Shown here: in pieces, positions 25,404 through 37,900 of the stretch
Numbering within the stretch: the first letter of the stretch is position 1
How the letters are laid out: every line of letters begins with the position of its first letter
Source of the DNA: Batkoa obscura
Taxonomy: Eukaryota
Length of the DNA: 64,000 nucleotides
Direction of reading: 5' to 3'
NCBI GenBank assembly: GCA_030770535.1
Contig: JASVEC010000026.1
Location: 558,001 to 622,000 of the forward strand
Translations under genes and position numbers: made by a program
Notes under the pieces: generated by a model
Seen by the model: the letters and a program-made list of their open reading frames with translations, nothing else
Database searches by the model: none
Told to the model about the DNA's origin: nothing

Positions 25404-27642
25404 AGTAATAATCGGATTTTAAAATTGAAAACTTTATTGAAAATTTTTTAAACCTTGAACTCAACTTTTCCTCTCTATTTATACCTTTTGAACTTTTGCA
25501 ATTATCAATGATTTGGATTCCCAAGTATTTTTTTGCAATTACCTTACTTTTTAGGGCTTAATTTCAATGTAAACATAACCATTGCTAATTTTAGCAATAG
25601 ACGAACGACATGATTTCATTTTACGCAAGGATTTCAAATTAACAAATAATTCGCAAACAAGCTCAAGGGCATGGTTTTACATATTGACTTGAAATAGTAA
25701 CTAAAGTTCCATGTTAAAGCCCTGTTAATCAACATATTAAGGCTTAGATTAAGAATGCATAAAGAATTTGTTTATCATCTTAAACATAATAAAATAAATA
25801 AAGGATTTATCAATAAAAGCTAACTTGTTATCTAAGGTCTCGCATTACTTAATTTATGGAACTTTAAATTCTTATTCCCGTGTTATATAAACTTCACGCA
25901 GTAAGAAAAATAATATCCCCTTTTTGTCATCTTTTATTATATAGTTATAAAGAATGGAGTTATTTTCTAGAATATTAGAAAGTTCACAGTTCAATAAATT
26001 AATATGGTATTTTTATAACAAAGGTTGTATTAAATGATGTTACCAGCTCTTTTTTATATACTATCCTTACATGTTATAACATACTCATATATTAGATATG
26101 CTTTATTGTGAATTTGTTAAAGAACAAAAGGTTCAAAATTTGGCCGCGGATTACTAAAATTGGCAGGTGACTTTTAATTTAATTGTCAAGTTTATAATTT
26201 CTAGCCAATCTATCTAAAAGGATTAAATTTACTACTTTTCGCAGTGATTCATTTGATATTATTTACAATATTGTATACCACAAGGTTAGATTATGTGTTT
26301 CAATCATAACTGTATTTAGCATTCAAAAATAGTGTTCTTCTTGGCGTAGTTGGTAATTTGTTGTATAGAATTATTGTTATTTAATATTATACTAATATAT
26401 AATTTATCTTTTTTAATTTTTAATTAGATTAAGTGATAAATTTTCAACATTTTTTTAAATATTTACTTACAATACTGATTAAATTAAAAAAACTCTAATA
26501 ATTCTGTAATAATAAAGTAAGGTGTACTATATTTTAAGGTGTATTAATAAAAAGTGGATGAATTCAATAATAGTAATCCAAAAATAAAGGTAAATATGCA
26601 AATCGTTTGGTAATTATAATAATAACCCCTCTATTTATCAACTTTAACTATAGTAGATTTAAACATTAATAGTAATATATAAGAATAATTAATAGTTTAA
26701 TTTATCAATTTTTTTCAATTCTTCTGTCATAACTTTATTCTACTTTTATTCTTAAAATTTTAACGTCAGTTTAAATTTTTAGTTTTCATCTTGAATGTTT
26801 TCATCTCTGTTTTCATCTCTGTTTTCATCTTTTTTTTAGCTTGACTATTATAATTTTTTTATATTTCCGAAATATCTTCTTTAATATTTTAAAAATATTA
26901 GAAAATGCAATGTTTTTAGTCACTATTGATTAATAACATCCAAATAAAAAATTATACATTAAAGTCACATTGAAAAATGATTAATTTTTTTAATAACATT
27001 GTCATGATAATCTATCATCATAAGTTATTGAACTGTTTTTCAATAACAGCTTATGAGTCTTTTATTTATTAAATAGGGTAATGATATCAAATGTATAATA
27101 AATAACTTTTCATTACCTGTAAAAGAAATAACTACTTCTTCAATTCGTTCATATTCTATTTATAAAAAGCTATCCCATTCAGACGATCTGCTTTATGGTA
27201 CTTCTAATACATTGAATCTTCTTAAATACAAATTGGGTTGATTACTTAATACTGGTTTAAATAACTGCTATCTTTTAAACTTTAATTTACTTTATTCAAT
27301 ATATACTTTTTAACTATATATCAATATTACATTGAACATTTAATAATATAATTATTGAAATTTTGAAATTACTATTTTTATTGAAACTATTTAATATTTA
27401 TTTTTCTAACATACAGAAATACTTTTAACTTGTAGTTTACCTTTTTTAATTAGTTTAAAAGCCTTATTATTTAAAAAGAAAAATTAGCCTGAGATGTTAT
27501 GCAAATATTGGATTTAATAGAATTTTAAAAGTGCATAAAAGTAAATTAATATTAAAATTGAAATATTGGTTAGCAAAGTAAAATGAATACAACCAAGGAC
27601 TAAAGGATAAGGTAGTCAAGCTTATAATTTTTAATATTCATA

Positions 27643-27742
27643 TGGGGATGTTTTTTTGGCTTCATTATTTTTTCCATTTTTTAAGCACTATCTCAGCGGA
27701 AAGATTGTTAGTAAAATTCTTAAACAAAAAAATACATCCCTA
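27643..27742 (+). mobile_element. MITE family A, copy 7
   Basis: caTA|TGGGGATGTTTTTTTGG...TACATCCCTA|TA. Confidence 0.85.
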
Positions 27743-28524
27743 TATAATATTAATATCTTTATATCAAATTTAATATAAGATTTCAAGATGTTTTATTATT
27801 TAATATTTTCATTTAATGTTATTTAATTGACCATCTATTTTATTATAAATTTTGAATACTTCTTTTTTTACCCCTTTCTATTGATTAATCTAACAAAAAA
27901 ATAAACTAAATATTACAGCCTGTATATACTTCTATATAAATAATAATAGCTAAAAGAAATTAGATCATTTTTATCGGAGCTGAAAAGCCTCAATTATAGT
28001 TCAGATAAATTTGTTATCATTATTATTAATTGTAATGCTGGTGACACATAAAATTGTTCCAAATTCATACTTTAAGATTATTTTGTTTCAACTTAGTCAC
28101 TTTGTTTTATTATAAATTCGATAATTACTATATTTAGAACGCCAACTCTTTGATTTTAGTTGGAATTTTTTGAAAATTCATAGACTTTATGATAAAAGAA
28201 GATATAATTTAATAAAATAGATGTTCGATTTTTTATAAAGGAGTAAGGGTTTGATCGGATTATAATTAAGTTAGGCTTATTTATCCTTCTGTTTTCAACC
28301 CCTTTTTATTCATTTTTTATTATTACTAATAACAATTCTATTAGTTTTAAAGTAAATGTTTTAGTTTATCATATTAATCTTTTTCTGGCTATCGTTTTTA
28401 ATATAGTAGTTACCACTTAAACATCAAATAATATGTTTTGTAAATGGTATATTAATTTAATAATACTGAATTCAATTTTTTAGTATAAGCTTACTTTAAT
28501 AATAATTAGTTAGTTTAAATAATA

Positions 28525-28619
28525 TCCGGATGTATTTTTTTGTTTAAGAATTTTATTGACAATCTTTCCACTCAAATAGCTTAAATGAAAAAAGTGATGA
28601 AATCAAAAAAACATTTGCA
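28525..28619 (-). mobile_element. MITE family A, copy 8 (decayed)
   Basis: ggatgtatttttttgtttaagaattttattgacaatctttccactcaaatagc matches the family. Confidence 0.75.
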
Positions 28620-28864
28620 TATAATTAAAAGTTGAAAACTTTATTTATAAATTGTAAATTCATTTTACTATTTTACAATTTATTAGTATAACTAATTATA
28701 AGATAATACTATTTTTTATATTTTTTTTTCAAATTTCAGACTCAAATAGACAAGTCTTTGAATATTAAAATAAGTTAACAAGATAGATTAAGAGCTCATT
28801 TTAAAAGAACTTCAACATTTTTAGCATTTTTAACTAGGCTTTTGATTCCACAGAAGATAACACA

Positions 28865-29002
28865 TGTGGATATATTTTTGTGTTGAAGAATTTTACTAAC
28901 AATCTTTCCACTCAAATAGCGCTTAAAAAATGAAAAACGTGATGAAACTAAAAAAACACCCCCATATGGGGATTTGTTTTTGTGTTTAAGAATACACCCT
29001 CA
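28865..29002 (-). mobile_element. MITE family A, copies 9 and 10 (a full copy plus an abutting 36-bp internally deleted copy)
   Basis: Junction CCCCA|TA|TGGGG at 28960-28971; the second unit 28967-29002 keeps both ends. Confidence 0.8.
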
Positions 29003-29631
29003 TATTATTATCTAATTTTTAAAATTTAAAAAATTAAAAAATTGTATTATCAATAATCAATAATTCATAACAATAAACACTAATTGGTCTTTTATTGTAA
29101 TAAAAAATAATTTGTATTAGTTTAGAAGTCTTAACTAAAAAGGAGAATTAAAATTTCTTCGGGAACCTAAATACCGACTAATCTCAATAAATATAACTCC
29201 CAATTCTTTTAAAATCAAAATATATCTATATTCCTTTTAAATCCTCCCCTTTATCTCCATTAGAAGTTTATATTATTCTTAGTTATCATCTATTTCATTT
29301 TCAGGATGAATTTTATTACTAAATGACAAGGACATTTGATAAATAAAAAGATTAATGGTAATTAATCAATTGTCATTAATAATCTAAAATAAATAAATAT
29401 AATATTAATATTAATACTAATTTCAACGGAATTATACTGTTTTAGTATTGGATATAACTAACGATAAACAAAACATTAAAAAATTCATTTAATAAAACTT
29501 GAAATTTTATTACACTAAAAAAACACACACAAAATAAAAAATATTCAACTTAAAAAACTTCCTCGTTTATCAACTTCAAATTAGTAATCATTAACAACAA
29601 TTTTCATAAAATCATAACAACCAAATGTAAT

Positions 29632-32600
29632 TTAAGAGGTAGGTATCTTAGAAATAAGCTCCGTTAATTGTTTTTTATATTGTAATTTAGCTTCTTGTAA
29701 ATCAGTTTTAACATCTTCAAGTTGTTCTGCTTTTTCACCTAGTAATTCTAATACAATTTCATGTCTAAATAAAAAATATCATTAATAATTAATTTCAATT
29801 TCATTTGTAATCTAATTTTCATTTACTTTTTAACCAATTCTTGATGTTCTAATTCCGTTTTATTAATTTTATTAATAATAGTTTCACTATAAAAATAAAA
29901 TGAATTTTATATTAAATATTAAAAATATCTTTAATTTCAACTTACTATTCTTTAAATTTGCAACTTAATTGAACTAATTCATTAGATAATTGATCTAAAA
30001 AAATCCAGTATTAATTGAACTTTCTCTCAAAATAATTAAAATTTGAAACTTACCTTTTGATTCCAATGCTGCTTTTAATTGAATTTGTAAAGTTCTAACT
30101 TTATTATCATTCGATAAATTATTCATCCCAGTTAACCCTGATGTAGGTGATATGTTTTTATTTTCAATTCTAAAATCAATACTTGATCTTGAGCTTCTTG
30201 TTCTATTAGGTTGAATCATTGGACCTATCGTTGTATGCTAATAATAAATAATATTAAAATCAAATATTAAATATTATTTTTAATAAACTTCTATCTATTT
30301 TAATGTTGGATTAATAGAATAAATTACTTACTTCGGGTAATAAACTTGAATTTCTTGTTCGATTTGTATATGGATAATTATTAATAGGTCGTAAGTTTTG
30401 TTCTTCATGATAGCTACTTGTAGGTGGACTTGGGGAGACTGATGAAGAGCGTGGGGAAATTACATTCGGTTCTTTAAACTAATTAATTAAAATTAAAATT
30501 AAATAGATTAATTATTAATTATAATTTATAATAAATCCATTACTTCATATAATTTTCTTAATTGTTCCATTTCGAGTAAATGGGATTGTTTTAATGAATT
30601 AATTGCTTCTTGCAATTCATTAACTTTGAATTCCAGTGTTTCCTTATCTGATAATAATGTCTATAATAAAATAAGTATTAATAATTTAATTTAACTTAAT
30701 TTATAATATGACTAAATTAATTACTTGGTTATTTTGTTTAATAATTTTTAACTCTTCTACTGTTGTTTTATATGATAATTCTAAAGTTTCAATAGATTTA
30801 TCCTAAATAAAAAATATTAATTAATAATTTATTGATATTTAATAGAATAAATAAAATTACATTAATTTCTAAATTATCTTTCAGTGTTTTTTCCGTAGTT
30901 TCAAGTTTATTAGTTAATTCCAAATTATTTTCTTTAGAAATCTTTAAACTAAAATAAAATATAAATTAATATTAATAAATTTAAACTTAAATTTAAATTA
31001 CTTTTTTTCATATTCTTTAACTTTACTTGTTAAATTGTATATTTCCAATTTTAAAGTTTGAATTTGATTTAATAAAGGTTGAGTAGCTAATTCAATGACT
31101 GTATTAACATCATCATCATCATCATCCACTTTATTTATATCATCAATATCCTCATTATTATTGTTATTATTGTTATTATTATTATTTATTATTTTATTTG
31201 TTGATTTTAATATCTATTTTAATTATTTTAATTAAAATTTTTTTTAAAATAATTAAAAAATCAAAAAGTTACCATCAATTCATTTTGAAATTCCTCTTCT
31301 TTTGCTGATAATTTATCTTGTGTTTTTATTAATTCTTGACGTAAATTTTGTACCTAAAAAATAATTAAAATAAAAATAAATAAATAAATAAATAATTAAT
31401 TAATTAATATTTAATATATAAATTACAATTGTTTGAGATTCCTTTTCAATTTCTTCCATTTGTAATTTTAAAGCAATAGCTTCATCTGCTAATATACCTT
31501 TATCTTTTGTCTATATAAATTCAATTATTAATTTAATAAATAATTTATAAAACTAATAATATTTTACTTCTTTTTCTCTTTGAATTTTTAAATTTTGATT
31601 CATTGATTTTTGAATTTCTTTTTGTAAATTTCTTACTTCTAATTGATTCTTTTCTAATGATATCTAATAATAATAGATAAATAATAAAATATAAAATAAT
31701 TGAAATCATTATTATTAAAATTACCTTTAAATTAACTTCATTATCAGTTAATCTTTTACATTTATTATCCAGTTCTTCTTTTTCTTTTCGAATTTGATCG
31801 TTATTTTGTTTTAACGCTCGAATCATATCTAATAAATAAAATAAATAAAATAAATATTTCATCCTAACAAATTATTAAAAATAAATTATTTACCATTAGC
31901 TTTCTTCTCTGAAGTAATTAAACCTGAAACTCTTGATTTTAAATCTGAATTTTCTTTAACAACTTGTCCTAATTTTTTTTGACATTCTACTAATACTCTT
32001 TCATTTTCATTTTCTTTATTTCTTACTTTTTGTAAGATTGTACTCATTTTTAGTTCTTTTTTTGTTAACGCTTCACCTATAAATTAATGGAATATTAATA
32101 TATATTGAATAAAATAGTTTTATATAATAATAATAATTCCCTTACCTTCTTGCATTAATCCACTAATTTGTTCATCTTTACCTTCCAATTGAGTTTTCAA
32201 ACCAGTAATTATACTTTTTAATTTATTTAAATCATCCGGTAAATTCGTATCAATTTCCTAATTATGTCATTATAAGCATATTATAATTAAAAAATATTAA
32301 ACTTTTTTTTACCTCCGTTTTATTTAATAATTTATTTTCTAATCCATTCACTCTAGCTAACCATCTCTTTTCTGAATCTTCTTTTTCTTTTTGTAATTTT
32401 GACAAATTAAATTCTAAATTAGATATCGTTTCATTAAGTGCTGAGGTATTATTAATCGCATTCATTAATTGTATCTCTCTCTGTTCAGCTATTTTCTTAT
32501 AATCTATATTATCTTCATTTCCTTGAATTTTATCAAAACCTATCTCTTCCTTCTTCTCATTCACTTTGTTTTTATGTTCCCTTTTATTTACGTTTTTATT

Positions 32601-33089
32601 ATCTTGTCTATTAATCTGTTTCTCAATTACTTTTTCTTCTTTATTCTTCATTACTTTTAATTCTTCTTTTAATAATGGTTCTTCTTTTAATAATATTTCT
32701 TCTTTTAAGCTATTAGGCGATGCTAATGGATTTGAAGTTAATTTAGTCTCCTTTTCAATTTCTTGAATATTAGCACCTAAAGGATCGGATCCTGATACTC
32801 CATTAGAATGTACTTTTTTTATGGGTTTAGGTTTATGGGATTCTATGGGAAATCAATTAACATTATTAAAATAAAATTATACTATTTTATAATAGAATAT
32901 AAAATATAAAACAATATTTGAATAATTTTTTTTCATAAACTTACTTTGTTGTATTTGTGGTTTTAATTTGTTTGTTTCCTCGTCTGGAAAATCTAAAACT
33001 TTATCTAATTGAGATTCCATATTATTAATCGCTTGTTTTAAAAACCCCCCCCATCCAGAGCTTCCTTGATTATCTTTAAAAAAACTCAT
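29632..33089 (-). CDS. TMF1: Golgin TMF1/Sgm1 (TATA element modulatory factor; coiled coil; multi-exon)
   Basis: N-terminal GWGGFLKQAINNMESQLDKVLD; QISGLMQEGEALTKKELK; C-terminal HEIVLELLGEKAEQLEDVKTDLQEAKLQYKKQL. Confidence 0.85.
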
Positions 33090-33356
33090 TGAATAGAATT
33101 GTTATCCTTTTAATTAAATTTTAGTAAAATGGAATTTTAAAAATATAAAACTAAAATTTAATTTTATAAATTTTTATTTTTTGTTCCAATTTAATTATTT
33201 GGATGAAGTTTTGAATTTGTGCCACAGATTGGTTGATTTGAGTTTTAAATCTTAAGGTATTTTTTGTAATTAAAGTTGATATTTATTTTAATGTTTGAGA
33301 TTGTCTATAATAAATAATTTGAAAATTTAACTTTATAAAAAAAAGACAAGAATATT

Positions 33357-33417
33357 GAAATAATTAGAAATAATTAGAAATAATTAGAAATAATTAGAAA
33401 TAATTAGAAATAATTAA
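33357..33417. repeat. 10-bp tandem repeat (GAAATAATTA)x6
   Basis: Read directly from the sequence. Confidence 0.9.
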
Positions 33418-34034
33418 AATACAAAAATAGCTATTTATTTATTAATAATTTCTTTTTTTAATAAACATTTTGATAAATATGTATATAAATATATATATTA
33501 ATAATATAATTTATATAATTATTTTTTATTTCTAATAACACTTTATCACACAAATCAAGCAATTTTATTTTTATTTATTGCATAATATAAATAACTAGTT
33601 TTATTTAAAGATCAGATAATAGTTTCTTTCTTTCACTTCTTTTTAATTTGTGAAGATAGTCTTATTTTCAGTAATCTATTTTTAATAATAAAATCAATGG
33701 AACTTCGACTATAACTCATAGAGGGACTTATAGTAGAGATATTGATGTCATTGATATAGGAAATGATAATACTTTCTTCATTAATGTTGCTTATAGATTG
33801 AGATTATTTCATTTATAAAGTTAGTGTGATGTTGAAAGATTCAAAATTCAAAATAATTCTAAATGTCAAAGGTTAAGGATTTTTATACTAATTAAGTAGA
33901 TGTTTTTTAAATTTGATAATCAGTTCTGTTGTTTTGAGTTAGTTGAAAAACGAACATTGTAATCGAAATAGGAGATTTTAATATTTTGATCATATATATG
34001 ATTAATAGAAATAGCTTTTAAATTAACTAACATA

Positions 34035-34135
34035 TGGGGATGTATTTTTTTGTTTAAGAATTTTACTAACAATTATTCTGCTCAAATAGTGCTTGAAAAA
34101 TGGAAAAAGTGATGAAATAAAAAAAAACATCCCCA
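34035..34135 (-). mobile_element. MITE family A, copy 11
   Basis: caTA|TGGGGATGTATTTT...AAACATCCCCA|TAtt; full length. Confidence 0.85.
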
Positions 34136-34566
34136 TATTATAATTCTAGTAATTGACTCTTTTTAAAGATAATTTAAGAATATTAAAAAAGAAAAGAACT
34201 AACTCAACGCTTAATATTATTCTATAAAAACATAATAGATTTTAAATACTTTCAAAATGATTAAAAAAATAGTAAACTATATTAAATACAATAAAATTAA
34301 ATAAAAACAATTGAAATATATAATTTAATTAATTAGCATTTATTAATTTTAATTCTATTAAAGCCTTTTCAAAGTCTATATTTCATTTTTAAAAAATGAG
34401 TTTCTTTTAACAATAAAAGGGTTCTTTTCAATATTTTAAAAATAGTATATCGTCTAATTACATCTATTTAATTATTAAACTCAGTTATAAAAAGTACCTG
34501 ATTCTACTATAAACCTTTTTACTCAACTTACTAACTATAAATTTTTTATCAAATTAACTAAAATAA

Positions 34567-34738
34567 TACAACTATTGCAACTCTTTTGTAATTTAATTAA
34601 CTGCCCATTTAAGAAAAAAATCTATGTTAAAATTGGATAAAGTATAAGGGGGTAAGGCTTTAAAAAAATGGACTACCTAAGTAATTCAACTATTAAGTTT
34701 ATCCTTAAAAAAAGTCGCAAAAGAGTTGCAACAGTTAT
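34567..34738. mobile_element. Putative MITE family C (~170 bp, ~25-bp TIRs) upstream of VPS10
   Basis: acaactattgcaactcttttg pairs with caaaagagttgcaacagttat. Confidence 0.45.
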
Positions 34739-34916
34739 AACCAAGCTAAAATAATTCAGATCCTTTAAAATCTAAGCCACTTTAAAGCTTCACTAAAAAG
34801 TTCAAATCCCTGATTTCATTGGCTTATGCTGATGACACCAAGAAAAAAAATTTAAAGCTTCAATAATTAAATTTCCAAACTTCATAGTTTCTTTAACTTA
34901 GACAAAAAATAATAAA

Positions 34917-37900
34917 ATGGAGTCACATAAAAGTGAAAGAAAAAAACGAAAGATATTTCTAAGGCCAATATGTTGGTTATTGTTGGTGTTATTTTTGAAT
35001 ATACAATATGTTAAAGCGGAAGCAAAGATTGAAATTGCTACAACTGAATTTAAAGAAGCCCCTCAAAGTTTATTTTATTTTAGGGAATCGGATGTAAGTA
35101 TTATATTTGAAATAAAAAAACTTGTATTAAAAAAATTCTTAATTTTAACCACTATTTTTCCAATTTAGATTATTTTATACTTAGAATCCGAAAGCAATAA
35201 TGTTTATCGCTCTGATAACGAAGGAAAGTCATGGAATTTATTAAAAGATATAAGTAAAAAAGAGATAACTACTATCTATAGACATCCTTATGACAATGAT
35301 AAAGTAATTTTTTTAAATTTAAATTATCATTTTTTTTAAATCTATTTTTAAATTTTACAGGCTATCATAGCCACTTCAGGAAAGAAACATTATCTTACTC
35401 AAGACCAAGGAAAGACATGGAAATCGTTTGAAGCACCGATATCACCAGCTTCAAAATCAAGCACATTTTTATTTAATTCGAAAAAACCAGAATATGTAAT
35501 CTATCTCGGTAGCAAATGTGAACACTCTGGTTTTTTGGGTAGCGTGGAAACATGTAAAGATAGTGCTTATTATACCACCGATTTTTTTAAATCATCACCA
35601 AAAAAATTACTTGATAATATTTCTACATGTAAATGGGCTTTATCAAGTGAAGGAAAAGAAATGGAAGATATAAATGAAAAAATGATTGTTTGTATTAAAG
35701 CTAGTGATAAAAAAGCACCGGATGTAAAAGAAGCTATTGATGCTTCTAAATTGGTTTGGTCTACTGATTTTTTTAATACTAAAAATTTAGTCGATTTCGA
35801 TTTCGATGGGGTACCTGATGGTGGTGTTATTGGTTTTACCGTTTTACAAAGTTTTATGGTAGCTGCTGTAAGAAGAGATGTGAGATCAGAAAAATTAAGT
35901 TTATTTGTTTCTAAAGATGCAAAAGTGTGGGCAGAGGTAAAGAAATGTATCATTATTATTGAATTGATATTTAATTTGTTAATTTAGGGTTATTTACCTA
36001 AGCATAAAAGTTTAGAACAAAATGTAGGTATTTTATTTTATTTTATTTTATTTTATTTTATTTTATTTTATTTTATTTTATTTTATTTTATTTTATTTTA
36101 TTTTATTTTATTTATAATATTTTATTTAGGCTTTTACATTACTCGATTCAACTTCCAATTCCATTGTATTAGATGTAGTATTTTCCTCCAATGATGAAGT
36201 TGGTGGTTTATATTTTTCCAACTCCAATGGTACTTATTTTACACAATCTTTATTAAATGTGAATCGAGATTCCACTGGTATTGTTGATTTTGAAAGAGTA
36301 AAAGGGGTAGAAAATATAATATTAAGCAATATTGTACAAAATCCTAAAGAAGTATCTAAAGGATTAAAAATAGTAAAGAAAAAATTAGCAACTTATATTA
36401 CATTTAATAATGGTGGACAATGGGATACATTAACACCACCTAATAAAAATTGTAAAGGGGAAGAATATTCATGTTTAAAATCCAAAGATAAAAAACAATG
36501 TTCCTTACATTTACATTCTGTAAGTGATATCAATAATATGGGCCCTGTATTTTCTAGACAATCAGCACCAGGTATCTTATTAGGTGTTGGTAATGTTGGT
36601 CCTTATCTTAAAGATAGAGAAGATGGCGATACCTTTTATTCTAAAGATGGTGGCTTATCATGGACATGTGCACGACCAGGACCACATAAATATGTGTTAG
36701 GAGATATGGGAAGTATCTTAGTATTAGCTGAAGATAAAAAAGAAGTGAAAAGAATTATTTATTCATTTGACCAAGGACAACATTGGAACGAAAAAAAATT
36801 AAATGTAGCAATAACACCCGTTTATTTAACAACCGAAAAATTATCATCATCTCAATCTGTAATTTTATTAGGTGAAAAAAAGGATGATAGTTATGTATTA
36901 TATCATTTTGATTTTTCTAAAGCTCATCCCAGGAAATGTAAATTTGATGAAAAAAAATTAGAAGATTCAAAAGATTTCGAAGTTTGGCAACCAAAAAGTA
37001 AAATTAAAAATAATAATAAACAAGATAAATTATGTATTATGGGTAGTGAATTAAAATATTTTCGACGTAAACCAGAAGTAGAATGTTATATTGGGGAAAA
37101 ATTTAAGATTTTTAAATCAAGTAAGGAGAAATGTCCATGTACTGAATCTGATTTTGAATGTGATTATAATTATATACTTAATGAGGATGGTAAATGTGAG
37201 TTACATGGGGAAGTACTTATACCTAAAGGAGAATGTAAAAAAAAGAGTGATAAATTTATGGCAAGTTCTGGATACCGTAAAATACCTGGAAATAATTGTG
37301 ATGAAAAAGCGAAGGGAGCAATTAAATTAAATCAAAAGATAGAAAAGTCATGTAATATCACTGATAATACAATAACCACTCCCAATAATGGAAAGGTACG
37401 TCATCAAAGGAAAGAATTTGGTCATAGTATATTAAATTATTATATATTTCCCAAATCAGAAGTTTATATGATTTATACAATTAATGGGGAATTATGGACT
37501 AGTTTAGATAAAGGTACTAGTTGGCGAAAAAAAATTGATGAAAAAGTCATTAAAATTATTGGACATCCATATGATAAATTAACAGCATTTGTTATTACTA
37601 AAGACCAAAATATGTATTTAACTAAAGACCAAGGTAAAACTTTTGATAAATTTAATTTACCATTATCAATGAGTACTTTTAATACCAATCAAATGTTAAC
37701 ATTTAATTCTAATAAAAAAGAAACAATATTATTTATTGGTAGTACAGAATGTCCAAAATGTCATAGTGAAGCATTTATATCCAATGATTATGGAAAAACA
37801 TGGAAATCAATTAGTAAGTATGTTAGAAATTGTGAATTTGGTATAACAAATGAATTTACACCAGAAAATAAAAATTTAATATTTTGTTCAATTTATAATA

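Noticed and set aside
26500..27500. Coding-like decayed sequence with a 12-bp tandem (TGTTTTCATCTC)
   Set aside because: No frame stays open and no motif could be recognised.
33357..33417. Tandem repeat or dispersed MITE copies as a CRISPR-like array
   Set aside because: No spacers, no regular spacing, no cas genes, and the context is eukaryotic.
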